64,000 nt of DNA from Chthonomonas calidirosea (GCA_945859975.1 CAMAPH010000007.1:17150-81149), one strand, 5' to 3'. Counted from the stretch's first letter, positions 1 through 11,344 are shown. Notes: generated from the sequence alone by a model not told the origin. Program-made: numbers and translations.

Positions 1-210
1 ACGATTGAAGTCACGGTCAAAGAAAAGGATGTCGATGGCCTGCTCAAATCGCTCACGCCAGAACAGAAGAAGCTCCAAGAAGATCGAGGCTATCTGTTGC
101 TGAAGGACCTGACGGCCGCCCAGCGCAAGCACTTCCCTGGCGAAATGAAAGGCAAGTTCGAAATCAGCATCGTCAAAGACGGCCAAAAGCTCACGATCAA
201 GGGCGAGTAA
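1..210 (+). CDS. 3' end of a hypothetical protein (partial, runs off window)
   Basis: Open frame 1 from base 1 to TAA at 208-210 (TIEVTVKEKD...KLTIKGE*), followed by a terminator. Confidence 0.75.
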   Translation, partial: TIEVTVKEKDVDGLLKSLTPEQKKLQEDRGYLLLKDLTAAQRKHFPGEMKGKFEISIVKDGQKLTIKGE

Positions 211-222
211 GCCTCTTGGTTG

Positions 223-258
223 AACGGGCGAGTGCGACTGCACTCGCCCGTTTTTGTT
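223..258 (+). terminator. Rho-independent terminator
   Basis: AACGGGCGAGTGC-GACT-GCACTCGCCCGTT hairpin followed by a T tract. Confidence 0.85.
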
Positions 259-273
259 TAGGTACCTTGGGCT

Positions 274-651
274 GTGGGTATTCGCACTTTGCGCTTGTTC
301 GCGGCCACCCTTGCCTTCTTTGGGGTTGCCCTTGGTGCCTTTGGTGCCCATGCGCTGGCGGCTCGGCTTGCGGAGTACGGCAAAGACCAGTGGCAAACCG
401 CAACTCAGTACTTGATGTTCCACGTCGTTGCGGTGTTCATCACAACCCTGTTCGAGTCTAAGTTCACCCGCCTTGCAGGGACTCTATTTGTCGCCGGGAC
501 ACTCTTTTTTAGCGGCAGTCTTTACGTGCTTGCCTTTTCACGAATAAAGATTCTTGGCGCGATCACGCCGATCGGGGGTGTGCTGTTCCTCTCCGGCTGG
601 ATTTGCATGATCTTGTTCGCGGCGAAATCGCCTCAAAACGAAGCAAACTAG
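274..651 (+). CDS. DUF423 family small membrane protein
   Basis: GVALGAFGAH, WQTATQYLMFH, FSGSLY and GAITPIGG motifs. Confidence 0.9.
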   Translation: MGIRTLRLFAATLAFFGVALGAFGAHALAARLAEYGKDQWQTATQYLMFHVVAVFITTLFESKFTRLAGTLFVAGTLFFSGSLYVLAFSRIKILGAITPIGGVLFLSGWICMILFAAKSPQNEAN

Positions 652-655
652 CTCC

Positions 656-2383
656 GTGCAAGCGACTGCCGACTGGACCCTTATTTTCGACCAAACCAAC
701 GGCCTGCGTACCGGGCGACTCAGCGAATCTTACGCTTACATTCGAAAGCTAGCCGCGTACTCGCCAAAGGCGAGAGTGATTCGCTACGGCACATCGCCGC
801 AGGGACGCGAAATGCTTGCCTTGCTGATCTCGGACGAGAAGAACTTCTCGCCGGACGCGTGGGCGAAATCCTCGAAGCCGACCATCTTCATTCAGAACGG
901 GATTCACAGCGGCGAGATCGAAGGCAAAGACGCGAGTTTGATCCTTGCCCGCGAAATCTTGGTTGAGAAGAAGCATGCGGCGTTCTTGAAGAACGTAAAC
1001 ATCGTGCTTGTGCCGGTGTTCTCACTCGATGCACACGAGCGATTCGGGCCGTATAACCGCGTGAATCAAAACGGACCGATCGAAATGGGCTGGCGCGCGA
1101 CGGCGCAGAACTTGAACCTAAATCGGGACTGGATGAAGGCCGACGCGCCGGAGATGCGCGCGCAGATCGGGCTGGTTCAGCGGTACCGACCGGACTTCTT
1201 CTTCGACAATCACACCACCGACGGCTCCGATTACCAATACGTTCTAACCCTCGGGATTCCGTGGGCGCAGACGATTGGTCCAAAACCGGCCCAGTTTGGT
1301 CGCGACCTCTATGCCCAGCTCAAATCCAGCTGCGAGGAGGTCGGCTTCCCTACCGCACCGTATTTTGGGATGGCGGACCGAACGGACCCAAGCAAAGGCA
1401 TTTCGGTAACGGACTACTCCCCTCGTTTCTCGCACGGATACCTCGCGACGATGGACCGCCCGGGGATGCTGGTGGAAACCCACGTTCTGAAACCTTACAA
1501 GCAGCGGGTCGAAGCGACCCATCGGGTGATGATCGAGGCTATTTCTTATTGCATCACCAACAAGCAAATGCTGAAGAAGATGAATCGGGATTCTGACGCT
1601 GCGGCGATGTCAGCGAAGGAAGGCTCGCGTTTCGTGCTTTCGAGCCGGCTGACCTCCGAGCGAACGCCGTTCACCTTTGCGGGTTACGAGTACTCGCCGA
1701 ACCCCAGCTCCATTACCGGTGACAAGATCGCAGCCTGGAGGCGGGATCGACCGACGACGGTGAATACCTTTGTTCGCTGGAACTTCGAACCCGAGACCGT
1801 CGCGACGGCGCCCGCTGCGTACGCGGTCCCGCCAGAGTGGCAAGTGGTCAATAACACGCTTGCGCTCCACGGTCTCACGAGCTACACGATCGGGCGAGAA
1901 GCGAAGACTTTCGGTCAGGTCACGCGACTGTCGCAAGTCAAGTTTCCGACCCAACCGTTCGAGAGTCGCTTCCAGCCAAACTTCCAGGCGGTCACTGACG
2001 TGGAACCGGTGACCCTGCCGGTCGGAACGCGGATCTATCCAATCAACCAAATGAACGCGAAGCTCCTGGTTCATTTGCTCGCACCGAACGGACCAGACTC
2101 GCTGCTGAAGTGGGGTTCGTTTAACCCGATCTTTGAGCAGAAAGAGTACGCCGAGGACTACGCGATGGAGCCGTACGCGAAGAAAATGCTCGCCGCTGAC
2201 CCTAACTTGCAAGAGGAATTTGAGAAGCGGTTGCAGGAACTGGCGTTCAAGAACTCTCCTTCGGCGAGGCTCAATTTCTTCTTCGAGCGGTCTCCGTTCT
2301 TTGACAAGGCGCTGAACCGCTACCCGGTAGTGATGTTTTCCGCCGCGCAACTCGCGACGATTCAGAAGAACTCTAGGCAGTAA
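656..2383 (+). CDS. M14 family zinc carboxypeptidase
   Basis: GIHSGE (HxxE), NLNRD and DNHTT zinc-ligand motifs. Confidence 0.85.
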   Translation: MQATADWTLIFDQTNGLRTGRLSESYAYIRKLAAYSPKARVIRYGTSPQGREMLALLISDEKNFSPDAWAKSSKPTIFIQNGIHSGEIEGKDASLILAREILVEKKHAAFLKNVNIVLVPVFSLDAHERFGPYNRVNQNGPIEMGWRATAQNLNLNRDWMKADAPEMRAQIGLVQRYRPDFFFDNHTTDGSDYQYVLTLGIPWAQTIGPKPAQFGRDLYAQLKSSCEEVGFPTAPYFGMADRTDPSKGISVTDYSPRFSHGYLATMDRPGMLVETHVLKPYKQRVEATHRVMIEAISYCITNKQMLKKMNRDSDAAAMSAKEGSRFVLSSRLTSERTPFTFAGYEYSPNPSSITGDKIAAWRRDRPTTVNTFVRWNFEPETVATAPAAYAVPPEWQVVNNTLALHGLTSYTIGREAKTFGQVTRLSQVKFPTQPFESRFQPNFQAVTDVEPVTLPVGTRIYPINQMNAKLLVHLLAPNGPDSLLKWGSFNPIFEQKEYAEDYAMEPYAKKMLAADPNLQEEFEKRLQELAFKNSPSARLNFFFERSPFFDKALNRYPVVMFSAAQLATIQKNSRQ

Positions 2384-3459
2384 GCAGGTACCGGCGGGAA
2401 TGCGGCCAGCGCATTCTCGCTGACCATGGCAACCGGCCGGTTTCGAGCCAGGTCTTGAAGGCTTGGCTCACCCAGCACGATTTGCGCCAGCTGGCGATGG
2501 GTCACATCCAGATCAATTGCACCATCCGGGCCGAATACGCCGGCGTTGGAAGCAATGCTGTCATCCGACACTTGAACTCGCAGGCTCGGGGCGAGTTTGG
2601 AAAGGACTTCCGGGACGTTGAGAACTCGGTACATGATGCCGCGTTCGATCTTGGTCTCGACGCCCTGATCCAGGTACTGGGCCATGAACGGGCTATCGGA
2701 AGGCTCGTACCAGCTGAGTCCGTTCTTGTTCACCGCGAGGCCACGGAGGAAGCTTAGGATAGAGTCGTATCCGGCTGCGGTGGACCAAACGAGTTCTGAC
2801 ACATGGTCCACCGTCCAGAAAGATGTGCTGTGGCTAATCACGGCGTACGCCTCAACCGGGTCCCCAACGGCATAGATGCAGAGTTCGCGATTCTCGGCAA
2901 GTACTCTCATCCACTGGATCCCATTCCGGATGTTCAATCCCGATCGAGATTCGGCAAATGCGCGATGGCAGCCGAGGAGATGTTCGTAATCTGCTGGGCC
3001 CAGAAGGCGAATGGGAAGCGTTTGCGGCGTCTTCGGAAGGCGCTCACGAGGACAAGTGATCTTGATTCGCTTTCCGCAGGACTCGTAGCCAGACTTTCGG
3101 TAGAACGTTTCGCTGAAGGGATACAGACTCGACATGAGGTAGCCCTCTTCCTTCAGGAGGTTCACCATTCCGTTGAGCATTTGGGTTCCTAGCCCGCCGC
3201 CCCGGCGGTGCGGAAGAATGGCGACGGCCGCGATGCCGGCAGTTCGCATCTCAACGCCCCGAAAAAGGCCGGTGAAATCCACAACCTTGAAGGCACCTTC
3301 GATTTCTCCATCGACCTCAGCGACGTAGCCCTTTGAAAATTCAAACGACCGGTTCGCTTCTGGAATCATGTCGCCGTTGTTGTAGGTTAGCGACAACACG
3401 CGCCAGAAACTCTCTTCATCGCGAGTTGGGTCGTAAGGGCGAACGGTGACCGAAGACAT
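2362..3459 (-). CDS. Eis-like GNAT acetyltransferase
   Basis: GIAAVAILPHRRGGGLG and SSLYPFSETFYRKSGYE motifs; start moved to ATG 3459, which follows TAAGCT-N7. Confidence 0.85.
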   Translation of the reverse strand: MSSVTVRPYDPTRDEESFWRVLSLTYNNGDMIPEANRSFEFSKGYVAEVDGEIEGAFKVVDFTGLFRGVEMRTAGIAAVAILPHRRGGGLGTQMLNGMVNLLKEEGYLMSSLYPFSETFYRKSGYESCGKRIKITCPRERLPKTPQTLPIRLLGPADYEHLLGCHRAFAESRSGLNIRNGIQWMRVLAENRELCIYAVGDPVEAYAVISHSTSFWTVDHVSELVWSTAAGYDSILSFLRGLAVNKNGLSWYEPSDSPFMAQYLDQGVETKIERGIMYRVLNVPEVLSKLAPSLRVQVSDDSIASNAGVFGPDGAIDLDVTHRQLAQIVLGEPSLQDLARNRPVAMVSENALAAFPPVPAYCLEFF

Positions 3460-3536
3460 CACCTTTAGCTTACGCAGAACCGCGCCGTTGCCGCCTGAGT
3501 AAATTCCGTGCCGATTGCGTAAAGTAGACGGCAAAC

Positions 3537-4583
3537 ATGAATATTGAACTTCTGCGCGAACTTACCGAAGCGCACGGCACCTGCGGTTTCGAAGATGCGG
3601 TTCGCGAAATCGTGGCGCGCGAACTCGGGCCGCTGTGTGAATTGTCGACCGACGCCATGGGCAATCTCATCGCCCGCAAGCCGGGGCCAGGAGCCAAGGT
3701 TATGCTTGCGGCGCACATCGATGAGATCGGCTTCATGGTGAAGTACATCGATGGCAACGGATTCCTTCGAGTGAACCCACTCGGCGGCTGGGATCCTCGC
3801 CAGATGAATAGCCAGCGCGTGCTTGTCCACACCCGAACCGGATCACTGCCGGGCACACTTATGCACGGCACCAAGCCAACTCACTTGCTTACCGATGCAG
3901 AGCGAAATTCTGGCCAGAAATTTGATGATTTCTTCATCGATTTGGGCCTCGCTACAGACGTGGTGAAAGAGAAGGTTCGCCTTGGCGATACGGCCACCAT
4001 GCTTGGCCGCTTTGAGAAAATCGGCAACCACTTCACGTGCAAAGCGATGGACGACCGAGTTTGCGTCTTCATCATGATTGAGGCGATGAAGCAGTCGCTG
4101 AACTCTGGCGCCGACATCTACGCCGTTGCCACGACTCAAGAAGAGATCGGGCTCCGAGGCGCTACCGCCGCTGGGTTTAGCATTAAGCCGGACGTCGCGA
4201 TTGCGTTGGATATCACCCTTGCGAACGACATACCGGGCGTGCCCGAGCCGGACCAAATCACGAAGCTCGGCGCAGGAACCGCGATCAAGATCATGGATTC
4301 ATCTTTGATTTGCCACCCGAAAGTTGTGGCGCGATTCCGCGAGCTCGCCGAGAAGGAAGGCATTCCGCACCAGATGGAGATTCTCCGGGCCGGTGGAACG
4401 GACGCAGGTGGGATTCAGCGGCTCCACGGCGGCATTCCGGCCTTCACGCTCAGCGTGCCAACGCGATACGTCCACACGGTCAACGAGACGGTTCACGAGC
4501 GAGACGTTGCGGCTAGCATTGAACTGCTCACCGCCTTCCTCAATCAGGCAACCGCCGAGAATCCTAACGCGCCGCTGTTCTGA
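3537..4583 (+). CDS. M42 family metalloaminopeptidase
   Basis: AAHIDEIGF, KAMDDR, QEEIGLRGA, GGTDAG and RYVHT motifs. Confidence 0.93.
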   Translation: MNIELLRELTEAHGTCGFEDAVREIVARELGPLCELSTDAMGNLIARKPGPGAKVMLAAHIDEIGFMVKYIDGNGFLRVNPLGGWDPRQMNSQRVLVHTRTGSLPGTLMHGTKPTHLLTDAERNSGQKFDDFFIDLGLATDVVKEKVRLGDTATMLGRFEKIGNHFTCKAMDDRVCVFIMIEAMKQSLNSGADIYAVATTQEEIGLRGATAAGFSIKPDVAIALDITLANDIPGVPEPDQITKLGAGTAIKIMDSSLICHPKVVARFRELAEKEGIPHQMEILRAGGTDAGGIQRLHGGIPAFTLSVPTRYVHTVNETVHERDVAASIELLTAFLNQATAENPNAPLF

Positions 4584-4587
4584 TCGC

Positions 4588-5472
4588 TTAGACCAGGCGG
4601 CCTTCGATAAGCGACTTCTGCGCGGGCGAAAGCTCAACGAGCGGGAGTCTCACTCGTTCCGTATCGAACCCTCGCTTTGCCAAGGCGAACTTAACCGGCA
4701 CCGGGTTTGGATACGCAAACAGGGCCTGATACACCGGCAACAGGCTCAAGTGAATCTTCTTGGCTTCTTCTGGATCGCCTGGGTAGGCATTGAGCAACGC
4801 CTTGATCTGGCTGCCGACGATGTGTCCGGCAACGCTAACGATGCCATGACCGCCGACGGAAAGGATTGGAAGGGTCAAAGCGTCATCTCCGCTATAGACG
4901 CGGAATCCACAAGGGGCCTGCGCGCAGACATCTTGAATCTGCGGGATGTTGCCGCTTGCTTCCTTTACGGCGACAACGTTCTCGATTTCGGCCAGGCGCA
5001 TCAGGGTCGGCGTCTCAAGATTGATCGCGCTGCGAGGCTGGATGTTATAAATCATCACCGGCAAATCAGTTTTCGCCGCGACGGTTGAAAAGTGCGCGTA
5101 CATTCCGTCTTGGCCGGGTCGGTTGTAGTACGGGTTCACCAGCATGATGCCGTGGGCTCCGGCTTTGGTTCCGACTTCGGTGAGCTCGATACTTTCTTTG
5201 GTGTTGTAAGTTCCGGCTCCGAAGACAACCGCCGCGCGGTCGCCAACTTCGTCTAGAACTGCTTCCAGGAGCGCCAACTTTTCGTCGTGCTCAAGGGTTG
5301 GAGACTCACCGGTGGTGCCGTTCACGACGATTCCGTCGTTCAACTGGTCGTCGACGAGATATCGGGCGATCCGGCGGGCTTCGGGAAGATTCACCGCTCC
5401 TACTTCATCAAATGGCGTCACCATGGCGGTGAGAAGCCGGCCCCAATCCTTCGGCGCGAAAAACGATCCCAT
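4588..5472 (-). CDS. dapA: 4-hydroxy-tetrahydrodipicolinate synthase
   Basis: GTTGESPTL, PYYNRP, YNIQPRS, VKEAS and SGDD motifs. Confidence 0.95.
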   Translation of the reverse strand: MGSFFAPKDWGRLLTAMVTPFDEVGAVNLPEARRIARYLVDDQLNDGIVVNGTTGESPTLEHDEKLALLEAVLDEVGDRAAVVFGAGTYNTKESIELTEVGTKAGAHGIMLVNPYYNRPGQDGMYAHFSTVAAKTDLPVMIYNIQPRSAINLETPTLMRLAEIENVVAVKEASGNIPQIQDVCAQAPCGFRVYSGDDALTLPILSVGGHGIVSVAGHIVGSQIKALLNAYPGDPEEAKKIHLSLLPVYQALFAYPNPVPVKFALAKRGFDTERVRLPLVELSPAQKSLIEGRLV

Positions 5473-5504
5473 TAACTCAGTTTGTACCCGTGAGTTCAGA
5501 TTCG

Positions 5505-6161
5505 CTATTCGGCAAGTCTGACGATTTCATCCACGACTTCATCAACCGATTTGCCGCCGGTTTCGATGATGACCGCCGAATCTGCCACTTGAAGCGGGCT
5601 GTCTTCGCGGGTGATGTCTCGATGGTCGCGCTGAAGAATCTCTGCTCGGACGGCGCCGAAATCTCCGGCGGTGCCCCGATCTTGGTACTCCACCGTACGT
5701 CGCTTGGCGCGCTCTTCCAGGCTCGCGGTCATATAAATCTTGATGTCGGCCTGTGGCGCAATCACGGTGGTTGCATCGCGACCTTCAAGGATCACGCCAC
5801 CTTCAGCGATCATTGCTTGTTGTCGCCGAACCATTTCCTTTCGGATGGGGGAATGGGCGCTGAGTTGGCTGGCGAGTTCGCTGATTTCCGGCGTTCGGAT
5901 CTCGCTGGAGATGTCTTTTCCGTCCAACACTAAGCGCTGGGGGTTTTGTCCGGTGAACTCTAACGTTCGAGTTTCGAACGACAGGGCAAGGGCTTCCGGA
6001 TCGCCGAGTCGGTTCTCGGTCACCGCCACATATGCCACCGCCCGGTACATTGCCCCGGTGTCCAGGTAGCGGATGTTTAGCCGCGCAGCAACCGCCTTTG
6101 CGGTCGTGCTCTTCCCTGCTCCCGCTGGTCCGTCGATGGCGATTACGATGTTCTCTTTCAT
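5505..6161 (-). CDS. cmk: cytidylate kinase
   Basis: IDGPAGAGKST, LDTGAMYR and EGRD motifs. Confidence 0.95.
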   Translation of the reverse strand: MKENIVIAIDGPAGAGKSTTAKAVAARLNIRYLDTGAMYRAVAYVAVTENRLGDPEALALSFETRTLEFTGQNPQRLVLDGKDISSEIRTPEISELASQLSAHSPIRKEMVRRQQAMIAEGGVILEGRDATTVIAPQADIKIYMTASLEERAKRRTVEYQDRGTAGDFGAVRAEILQRDHRDITREDSPLQVADSAVIIETGGKSVDEVVDEIVRLAE

Positions 6162-7426
6162 GACTTTACGATGCTGTGCAGGTGTTCCTCGAAGTTTGGA
6201 TAGCTCGTTTTGATGCTGTCGGCATTTTCGATTACGGTCACACCGTCCGCAATGAGTCCGGCGATGGCGAAGGCCATTCCGACGCGGTGGTCGCCGCTGG
6301 CGTCGATGATCGCGCCCTTCAACGGCGTTGGACCTTGGATGATGAAGCCGTCGTCGGTGGGTTCGATGTTGGCACCCATCGACCGTAGACCAGCGGCGAT
6401 AACGCCGATACGGTCGGTCTCTTTGACCCGAAGCTCACGAGCGTCTCGCACGATGGTCTCGCCAGAAAGCTGAGTTGCCAACACGGCGAGGACGGGAATC
6501 TCGTCGATGAGGCGAGGAACGAGGCTTCCTTCGATCACGAATGGGGTTGTTCCGTTCCGAGTGATTACGAGGTCGGCGACCGGCTCACCGTTTTCCTCTC
6601 GCTGGTTGTCGTGAGAAATGGATACGCCAACTTGACTCAGTACATCCAAGATCCCGGTTCGGGTTGGATTGACGTTCACACCGATCAATGTCAGCGGCTG
6701 CTCGGCAAGGAGCGCACCGGCGACCATCCAGAACGCCGCGCTGCTAATGTCTCCGGGCACTCGCATTTCGAAAGGCTTGAGGTCGAAGCTGGGCTCAATA
6801 TCGACGGAGTTTTCGTTGACCGTAATCGCGGCGCCCATCGCGATCAGCATGCGCTCGGTGTGATCTCGACTCTTTGAAGGTTCGTGGAGGACGGTCTTGC
6901 CGTCGGCTCTAAGTCCGGCGAGGAGGACGCAGCTTTTCACCTGCGCGGAGGCGACTTCGGAGTGGTAGGTGATGCCATGCAGGTTGCCGCCTTGGATGGT
7001 CAGGGGCGGGGTTTCGCCGGTTACTATCGCGCCCATTTCGTTCAATGGCTTCGCAATGCGCTTCATCGGGCGTCGAGAAAGCGAGGCATCGCCCTTCATG
7101 GTCACGGTCAGCGGTCGGCTAGCGACAAGCCCGCTGAGGAGGCGCATTGTGGTGCCGCTGTTTCCGCAATCCAACGGTTCGGTTGGTTGCGACCATTCTT
7201 TGGCCGGGATCACTGTTACGAACGTTCCGTCATCCTCAAAGCGCGTCCCGAGCTGTTCGAGGCAATGGCGGGTGGACTCACAGTCTTCTCCGCGCAACGG
7301 GTTCTCGATTCGGCTTGGCCCGTTCGCAATTGCGCCGAGGAGATAGGATCGATGGGTCAGGGATTTATCGCTGGGAATCGCGATTTCGCCGGAAACGGCT
7401 TGGGCCCGAGTTACAACTAGCTTCAT
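6158..7426 (-). CDS. aroA: 3-phosphoshikimate 1-carboxyvinyltransferase (EPSP synthase)
   Basis: DKSLTHR, DCGNSGTTMRL, SAQVKS, RVKETDRI and DHR motifs. Confidence 0.96.
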   Translation of the reverse strand: MKLVVTRAQAVSGEIAIPSDKSLTHRSYLLGAIANGPSRIENPLRGEDCESTRHCLEQLGTRFEDDGTFVTVIPAKEWSQPTEPLDCGNSGTTMRLLSGLVASRPLTVTMKGDASLSRRPMKRIAKPLNEMGAIVTGETPPLTIQGGNLHGITYHSEVASAQVKSCVLLAGLRADGKTVLHEPSKSRDHTERMLIAMGAAITVNENSVDIEPSFDLKPFEMRVPGDISSAAFWMVAGALLAEQPLTLIGVNVNPTRTGILDVLSQVGVSISHDNQREENGEPVADLVITRNGTTPFVIEGSLVPRLIDEIPVLAVLATQLSGETIVRDARELRVKETDRIGVIAAGLRSMGANIEPTDDGFIIQGPTPLKGAIIDASGDHRVGMAFAIAGLIADGVTVIENADSIKTSYPNFEEHLHSIVKS

Positions 7427-8274
7427 CTTTTCTTTGTTCCGGTCACATCATCGCCAGCGTTCTTCGGCAGTTTGGCTTTGGCCGCGGCGGCTGACACAAA
7501 GAACTTCTTCACCGCGGCCGCATCGCCTTCATCGAGCTGCGTTGCGAGGGTTTCAAGTTCTTTTGCGAACTCGCGCAGGCTGCTGGAAACGGCGGTTCGA
7601 TTTCCGAGGAGGATTTGGGACCAGAGCTCAGGATCAACTCCGGCCACGCGGGTCCAGTCTTTCCAGCTTCCGCCGGCAGCATCGACGTGAGAAAGTTCGG
7701 AAGCATTGAGCACCAATTGGCCGGCCAAAACGTGTGGCAGGTGACTGAGAATCGCTACGTGCCGGTCGTGGTCTTCCGCCGAGATCCGCACCGGCTTCGC
7801 CCCCATTTCCGTGATCAGGGTTTCGAGGACTTTCAGGTTGCTCGTCGATTTGCCGACTGGGGTGAGAATCCAACGGGCGTTCCGGAAGAGCCAGGCCGAG
7901 GCAAACTGCGGGCCACCTTTCTCGTGGCCCGCCATTGGGTGGCCCGGCACGAACCAAGTTGCTTTCTGCTCGGTAGCCCACGCAACGATCTCCGACTTGA
8001 CGCTCGTGCAGTCCGTCACCACGGTGTTGGGGCCGAGGCTTTCTTCTATTTCTCCTAAAACGTTCGTAACGATGGCGGGTGGGATGGCGACGAAGACGAC
8101 GTCTGCCTTGGCGACTTCACTGAGTTCGGCGGCAACATCAACGCAACCGCGCTCGAGGGCGACTCGGACGTGCTCCGGGTTCGGATCGCTGCCGATGAGC
8201 TTGTGCCGGGAGGCGCGCAGCGCCAGCCCAATGCTGCCGCCGATCAACCCGAGTCCGACAATCCCAATGGTCAC
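7423..8274 (-). CDS. tyrA: prephenate/arogenate dehydrogenase
   Basis: GLGLIGGS Rossmann motif, DCTSVK, GHPMAG, SHLPH; probable GTG start at 8274. Confidence 0.88.
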   Translation of the reverse strand: MTIGIVGLGLIGGSIGLALRASRHKLIGSDPNPEHVRVALERGCVDVAAELSEVAKADVVFVAIPPAIVTNVLGEIEESLGPNTVVTDCTSVKSEIVAWATEQKATWFVPGHPMAGHEKGGPQFASAWLFRNARWILTPVGKSTSNLKVLETLITEMGAKPVRISAEDHDRHVAILSHLPHVLAGQLVLNASELSHVDAAGGSWKDWTRVAGVDPELWSQILLGNRTAVSSSLREFAKELETLATQLDEGDAAAVKKFFVSAAAAKAKLPKNAGDDVTGTKKR

Positions 8275-8291
8275 GGGGATAGTTTGGCAGG

Positions 8292-9401
8292 TTAAGCCGC
8301 CGGGACACCCGGCAGAACGTCTTCCAGGTACTGCCGAATGATCGGTTCGTTGGCTTCGATTCCGAGTCCATGCGGGATCGTTTCGGGGGCGTCGGAGAAG
8401 GTTTGGACTCCCCATTCCGCCGCGAGATCGGCGGGAAAGGCGTCTTCGAAATCAACCCGGGACAGGGTCAGGATTGCCGACACCCACATTCGCGGCACGG
8501 TGTGAAGGCTGTAGCCGCCTCCGCCGACGGCGACGGTCGGAATCCCGAGGTCGCGGCAATGGCGGACGGCGCTTAGCCAAGAGGTTTGATCGCAATTGAC
8601 GTGGGCGAGGGGGTCGAGGAAGTGAGGATCGGTGCCCATTTGGAGGACCAACGCTTGCGGCTGGAAGCGCTCCATGGTAGGCAGGGCGGTTCGTTCGAAC
8701 GCATCAAGCCAAGCCGGGCCGGAGGTTCGTGCGAGGACGGGCATGTTGGTGCTCGTGCCCGCCGTGCCGGTCTCCTCAACGTAGCCCGTGCCAGGCCAAA
8801 GGGACTTTCCGCTTTCGTGGATCGAATAGGTGAGCACGTTCGGGTCATTCAAGAAAATGCCTTGCACGCCGTCGCCGTGGTGAACGTCGATATCGATGTA
8901 GACCACGCGGTCGAACCGCTCGCGCAGAACCGAGACGGCGAGGGCGGGATCGTCGAAGACGCAGAAGCCGCTGGCGCTATTTCGGTGGGCGTGATGCAGG
9001 CCGCCACCGATGGCAAAAGCCAGCGGAGCGCCGTCACGCACAGCGTAAACGGCTTCTAGGCTCGCACCACAATACGCAGCCGAGGTTTCCCAGATTCCTC
9101 GGAAGGCCGGCGTATCGCCGTAGAGCGAATGCTTCCCGATCAGGTCTCCAATCCGCGGCGAGTTCTCTTCCCCGCGCTCAAACGCTGCTGAAATCTCCTT
9201 CACCGCCTCCACGTACTCCGCCGAGTGCACGCGCTGCAGGTCACTTTCGCTGGCGGGGGCGGGTTCAATGACCTCGGTTGGATGGATGGCCTGCAGCAGC
9301 CGCATGGCTCGACGGAGCCGCTCGGGGCGAAGGGGATGGGACGGTCCGAAATCGTAATTCGTCGTCAACTGGCTGAGGTAGAAGTTCGGAATTCCCACCA
9401 T
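8292..9401 (-). CDS. zinc-dependent deacetylase (HDAC/AcuC family)
   Basis: [26 protein letters not shown] and GGGGY motifs; start approximate. Confidence 0.9.
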   Translation of the reverse strand: MVGIPNFYLSQLTTNYDFGPSHPLRPERLRRAMRLLQAIHPTEVIEPAPASESDLQRVHSAEYVEAVKEISAAFERGEENSPRIGDLIGKHSLYGDTPAFRGIWETSAAYCGASLEAVYAVRDGAPLAFAIGGGLHHAHRNSASGFCVFDDPALAVSVLRERFDRVVYIDIDVHHGDGVQGIFLNDPNVLTYSIHESGKSLWPGTGYVEETGTAGTSTNMPVLARTSGPAWLDAFERTALPTMERFQPQALVLQMGTDPHFLDPLAHVNCDQTSWLSAVRHCRDLGIPTVAVGGGGYSLHTVPRMWVSAILTLSRVDFEDAFPADLAAEWGVQTFSDAPETIPHGLGIEANEPIIRQYLEDVLPGVPAA

Positions 9402-9438
9402 TTGGTCATACCTGAACCCAACCGGTAGACTCCACCCA

Positions 9439-10521
9439 ATGGGCAGTTCCTTCGGTCGCGCGTTCACCATCAGTACCTTCGGTGAATCGCACGGGGTTGG
9501 GGTCGGTGTGGTCGTGGACGGATGTCCGCCCGGCACGGTCATTTCCCTTGAAGCTATTCAGCGCGACCTCGATCGCCGCCGCCCTGGACAGAGTTCGATT
9601 GTCACCCAGCGCAAGGAAGCGGATCAAGTTGAGATTCTCAGCGGCGTGGAAGACGGCATTGCGCTCGGGACGCCGATTGCTCTGTTGGTGCGAAACGCCG
9701 ACCAACGTAGTCACGACTACTCAGAGATGAGGGAGAAGTATCGGCCGAGTCATGCCGATTACGCTTATGACCAGAAATACGGCATCCGTGCGGTGGCCGG
9801 GGGCGGACGAGCTTCGGCGCGAGAAACGATTGGACGAGTCGCGGCGGGGGCGATTGCGCGGCAGGTGCTTCGAAGTCTTGGCGTCGAGGTGCTGGCATAC
9901 GTGGAGAAGGTCCACCGGATTTCTGCCGACATTGATCCAACCGCCGTGACGTTCGATGAGGTGGAAGCAAACATTGTTCGATGCCCTGACCCGGTGATCG
10001 CGGAGCAGATGATCGCCCACATCGAGGAGATTCGCAAGCAGGGCAACTCCGTCGGTGGCGTGGTGGCTTGCGTTGCGAGGGGTGTTCCGGCGGGTTGGGG
10101 CGAGCCGGTTTTCGACAAGATCGAAGCCGACTTGGCCAAAGGGATGCTTTCGCTTCCGGCTTGCAAAGGGTTCGAGCTCGGCGGAGGATTTGGCATGACC
10201 GACTTCACCGGGCTTGAGGTGAACGACGAGTTCGAATCGACCGAAGGCAAGGTTCAGACCAGGACGAACAACAGCGGCGGAATTCAGGGCGGGATCACCA
10301 ACGGGATGCCGATTACGTTCCGCGTTGCCTTCAAGCCCACCGCGACCGTAATGCGCGAACAAAAGACGGTGACCGCGAGCGGCGAGAACACTACGCTCCA
10401 GGGCAAGGGTCGGCACGATCCGTGCGTGCTGCCTCGGGCGGTGCCACTGGTGGAGGCGATGACGCTGCTGGTACTTGTGGACCATGCCCTGCGTCAGCGC
10501 GGCCAAACCGGGCATTTTTAA
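9439..10521 (+). CDS. aroC: chorismate synthase
   Basis: TFGESHG, RPSHAD, RASARET and GRHDPC motifs. Confidence 0.97.
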   Translation: MGSSFGRAFTISTFGESHGVGVGVVVDGCPPGTVISLEAIQRDLDRRRPGQSSIVTQRKEADQVEILSGVEDGIALGTPIALLVRNADQRSHDYSEMREKYRPSHADYAYDQKYGIRAVAGGGRASARETIGRVAAGAIARQVLRSLGVEVLAYVEKVHRISADIDPTAVTFDEVEANIVRCPDPVIAEQMIAHIEEIRKQGNSVGGVVACVARGVPAGWGEPVFDKIEADLAKGMLSLPACKGFELGGGFGMTDFTGLEVNDEFESTEGKVQTRTNNSGGIQGGITNGMPITFRVAFKPTATVMREQKTVTASGENTTLQGKGRHDPCVLPRAVPLVEAMTLLVLVDHALRQRGQTGHF

Positions 10522-10547
10522 GCCCGAAAGTGACAACATAACGTTCG

Positions 10548-11327
10548 ATGAGCGTTCAAGCGCCCGTGATACAAAACCCGAAGATTGCTTCCGAGCACGT
10601 CAATTTTTATTACGGAGCTAAGCAGGCGCTTAAGGACATCAATCTCCAGTTCGCACCGAACACCACGACCGCCCTGATCGGTCCTTCCGGCTGTGGCAAA
10701 TCTACCTTTCTTCGCTGCCTGAACCGAATGAACGACCTCATCGATGGCACCCGCCTGGAAGGCAGAGTGACTCTGGACGGGCGAGACATCTACGGAGATG
10801 AGGTTGACCCGGTCGAGCTGAGAAAGGAGGTCGGAATGGTGTTTCAAAAGGCAAACCCTTTCCCGATGTCCATCTTCGATAACGTGGCTTACGGCCCGAA
10901 GATTCACGGAGTGCGAAATCCCAGAGAACTCGCAAATATCGTTGAGCAAAGCTTAACAAAGGCTGCCCTGTGGGACGAGGTGAAACACAAGCTGAACGAC
11001 AGCGGACTCTCGCTTTCGGGCGGTCAGCAGCAGCGACTTTGCATTGCGCGCACCATCGCGGTTCGTCCGAAGATCATCCTTATGGACGAGCCTTGCTCAG
11101 CGCTTGACCCGATTGCTACCGGACGAATCGAGGATTTGATGGAAGAGCTCAAACGCGACTTCACCATCATCATCGTCACCCACAACATGGAGCAAGCGCG
11201 CCGCGCGAGTGAATACACCGCCTTCTTCTTGCTCGGAGACATGGTGGAGTACAACACAACCCAAAACATCTTTCTTTCGCCGCAAGACAAGCGAACGGAA
11301 GACTACATTACCGGCCGATTCGGCTGA
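10548..11327 (+). CDS. pstB: phosphate ABC transporter ATP-binding protein
   Basis: [32 protein letters not shown] and C-terminal YITGRFG. Confidence 0.95.
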   Translation: MSVQAPVIQNPKIASEHVNFYYGAKQALKDINLQFAPNTTTALIGPSGCGKSTFLRCLNRMNDLIDGTRLEGRVTLDGRDIYGDEVDPVELRKEVGMVFQKANPFPMSIFDNVAYGPKIHGVRNPRELANIVEQSLTKAALWDEVKHKLNDSGLSLSGGQQQRLCIARTIAVRPKIILMDEPCSALDPIATGRIEDLMEELKRDFTIIIVTHNMEQARRASEYTAFFLLGDMVEYNTTQNIFLSPQDKRTEDYITGRFG

Positions 11328-11344
11328 GGTGTAGACTTGATGCA

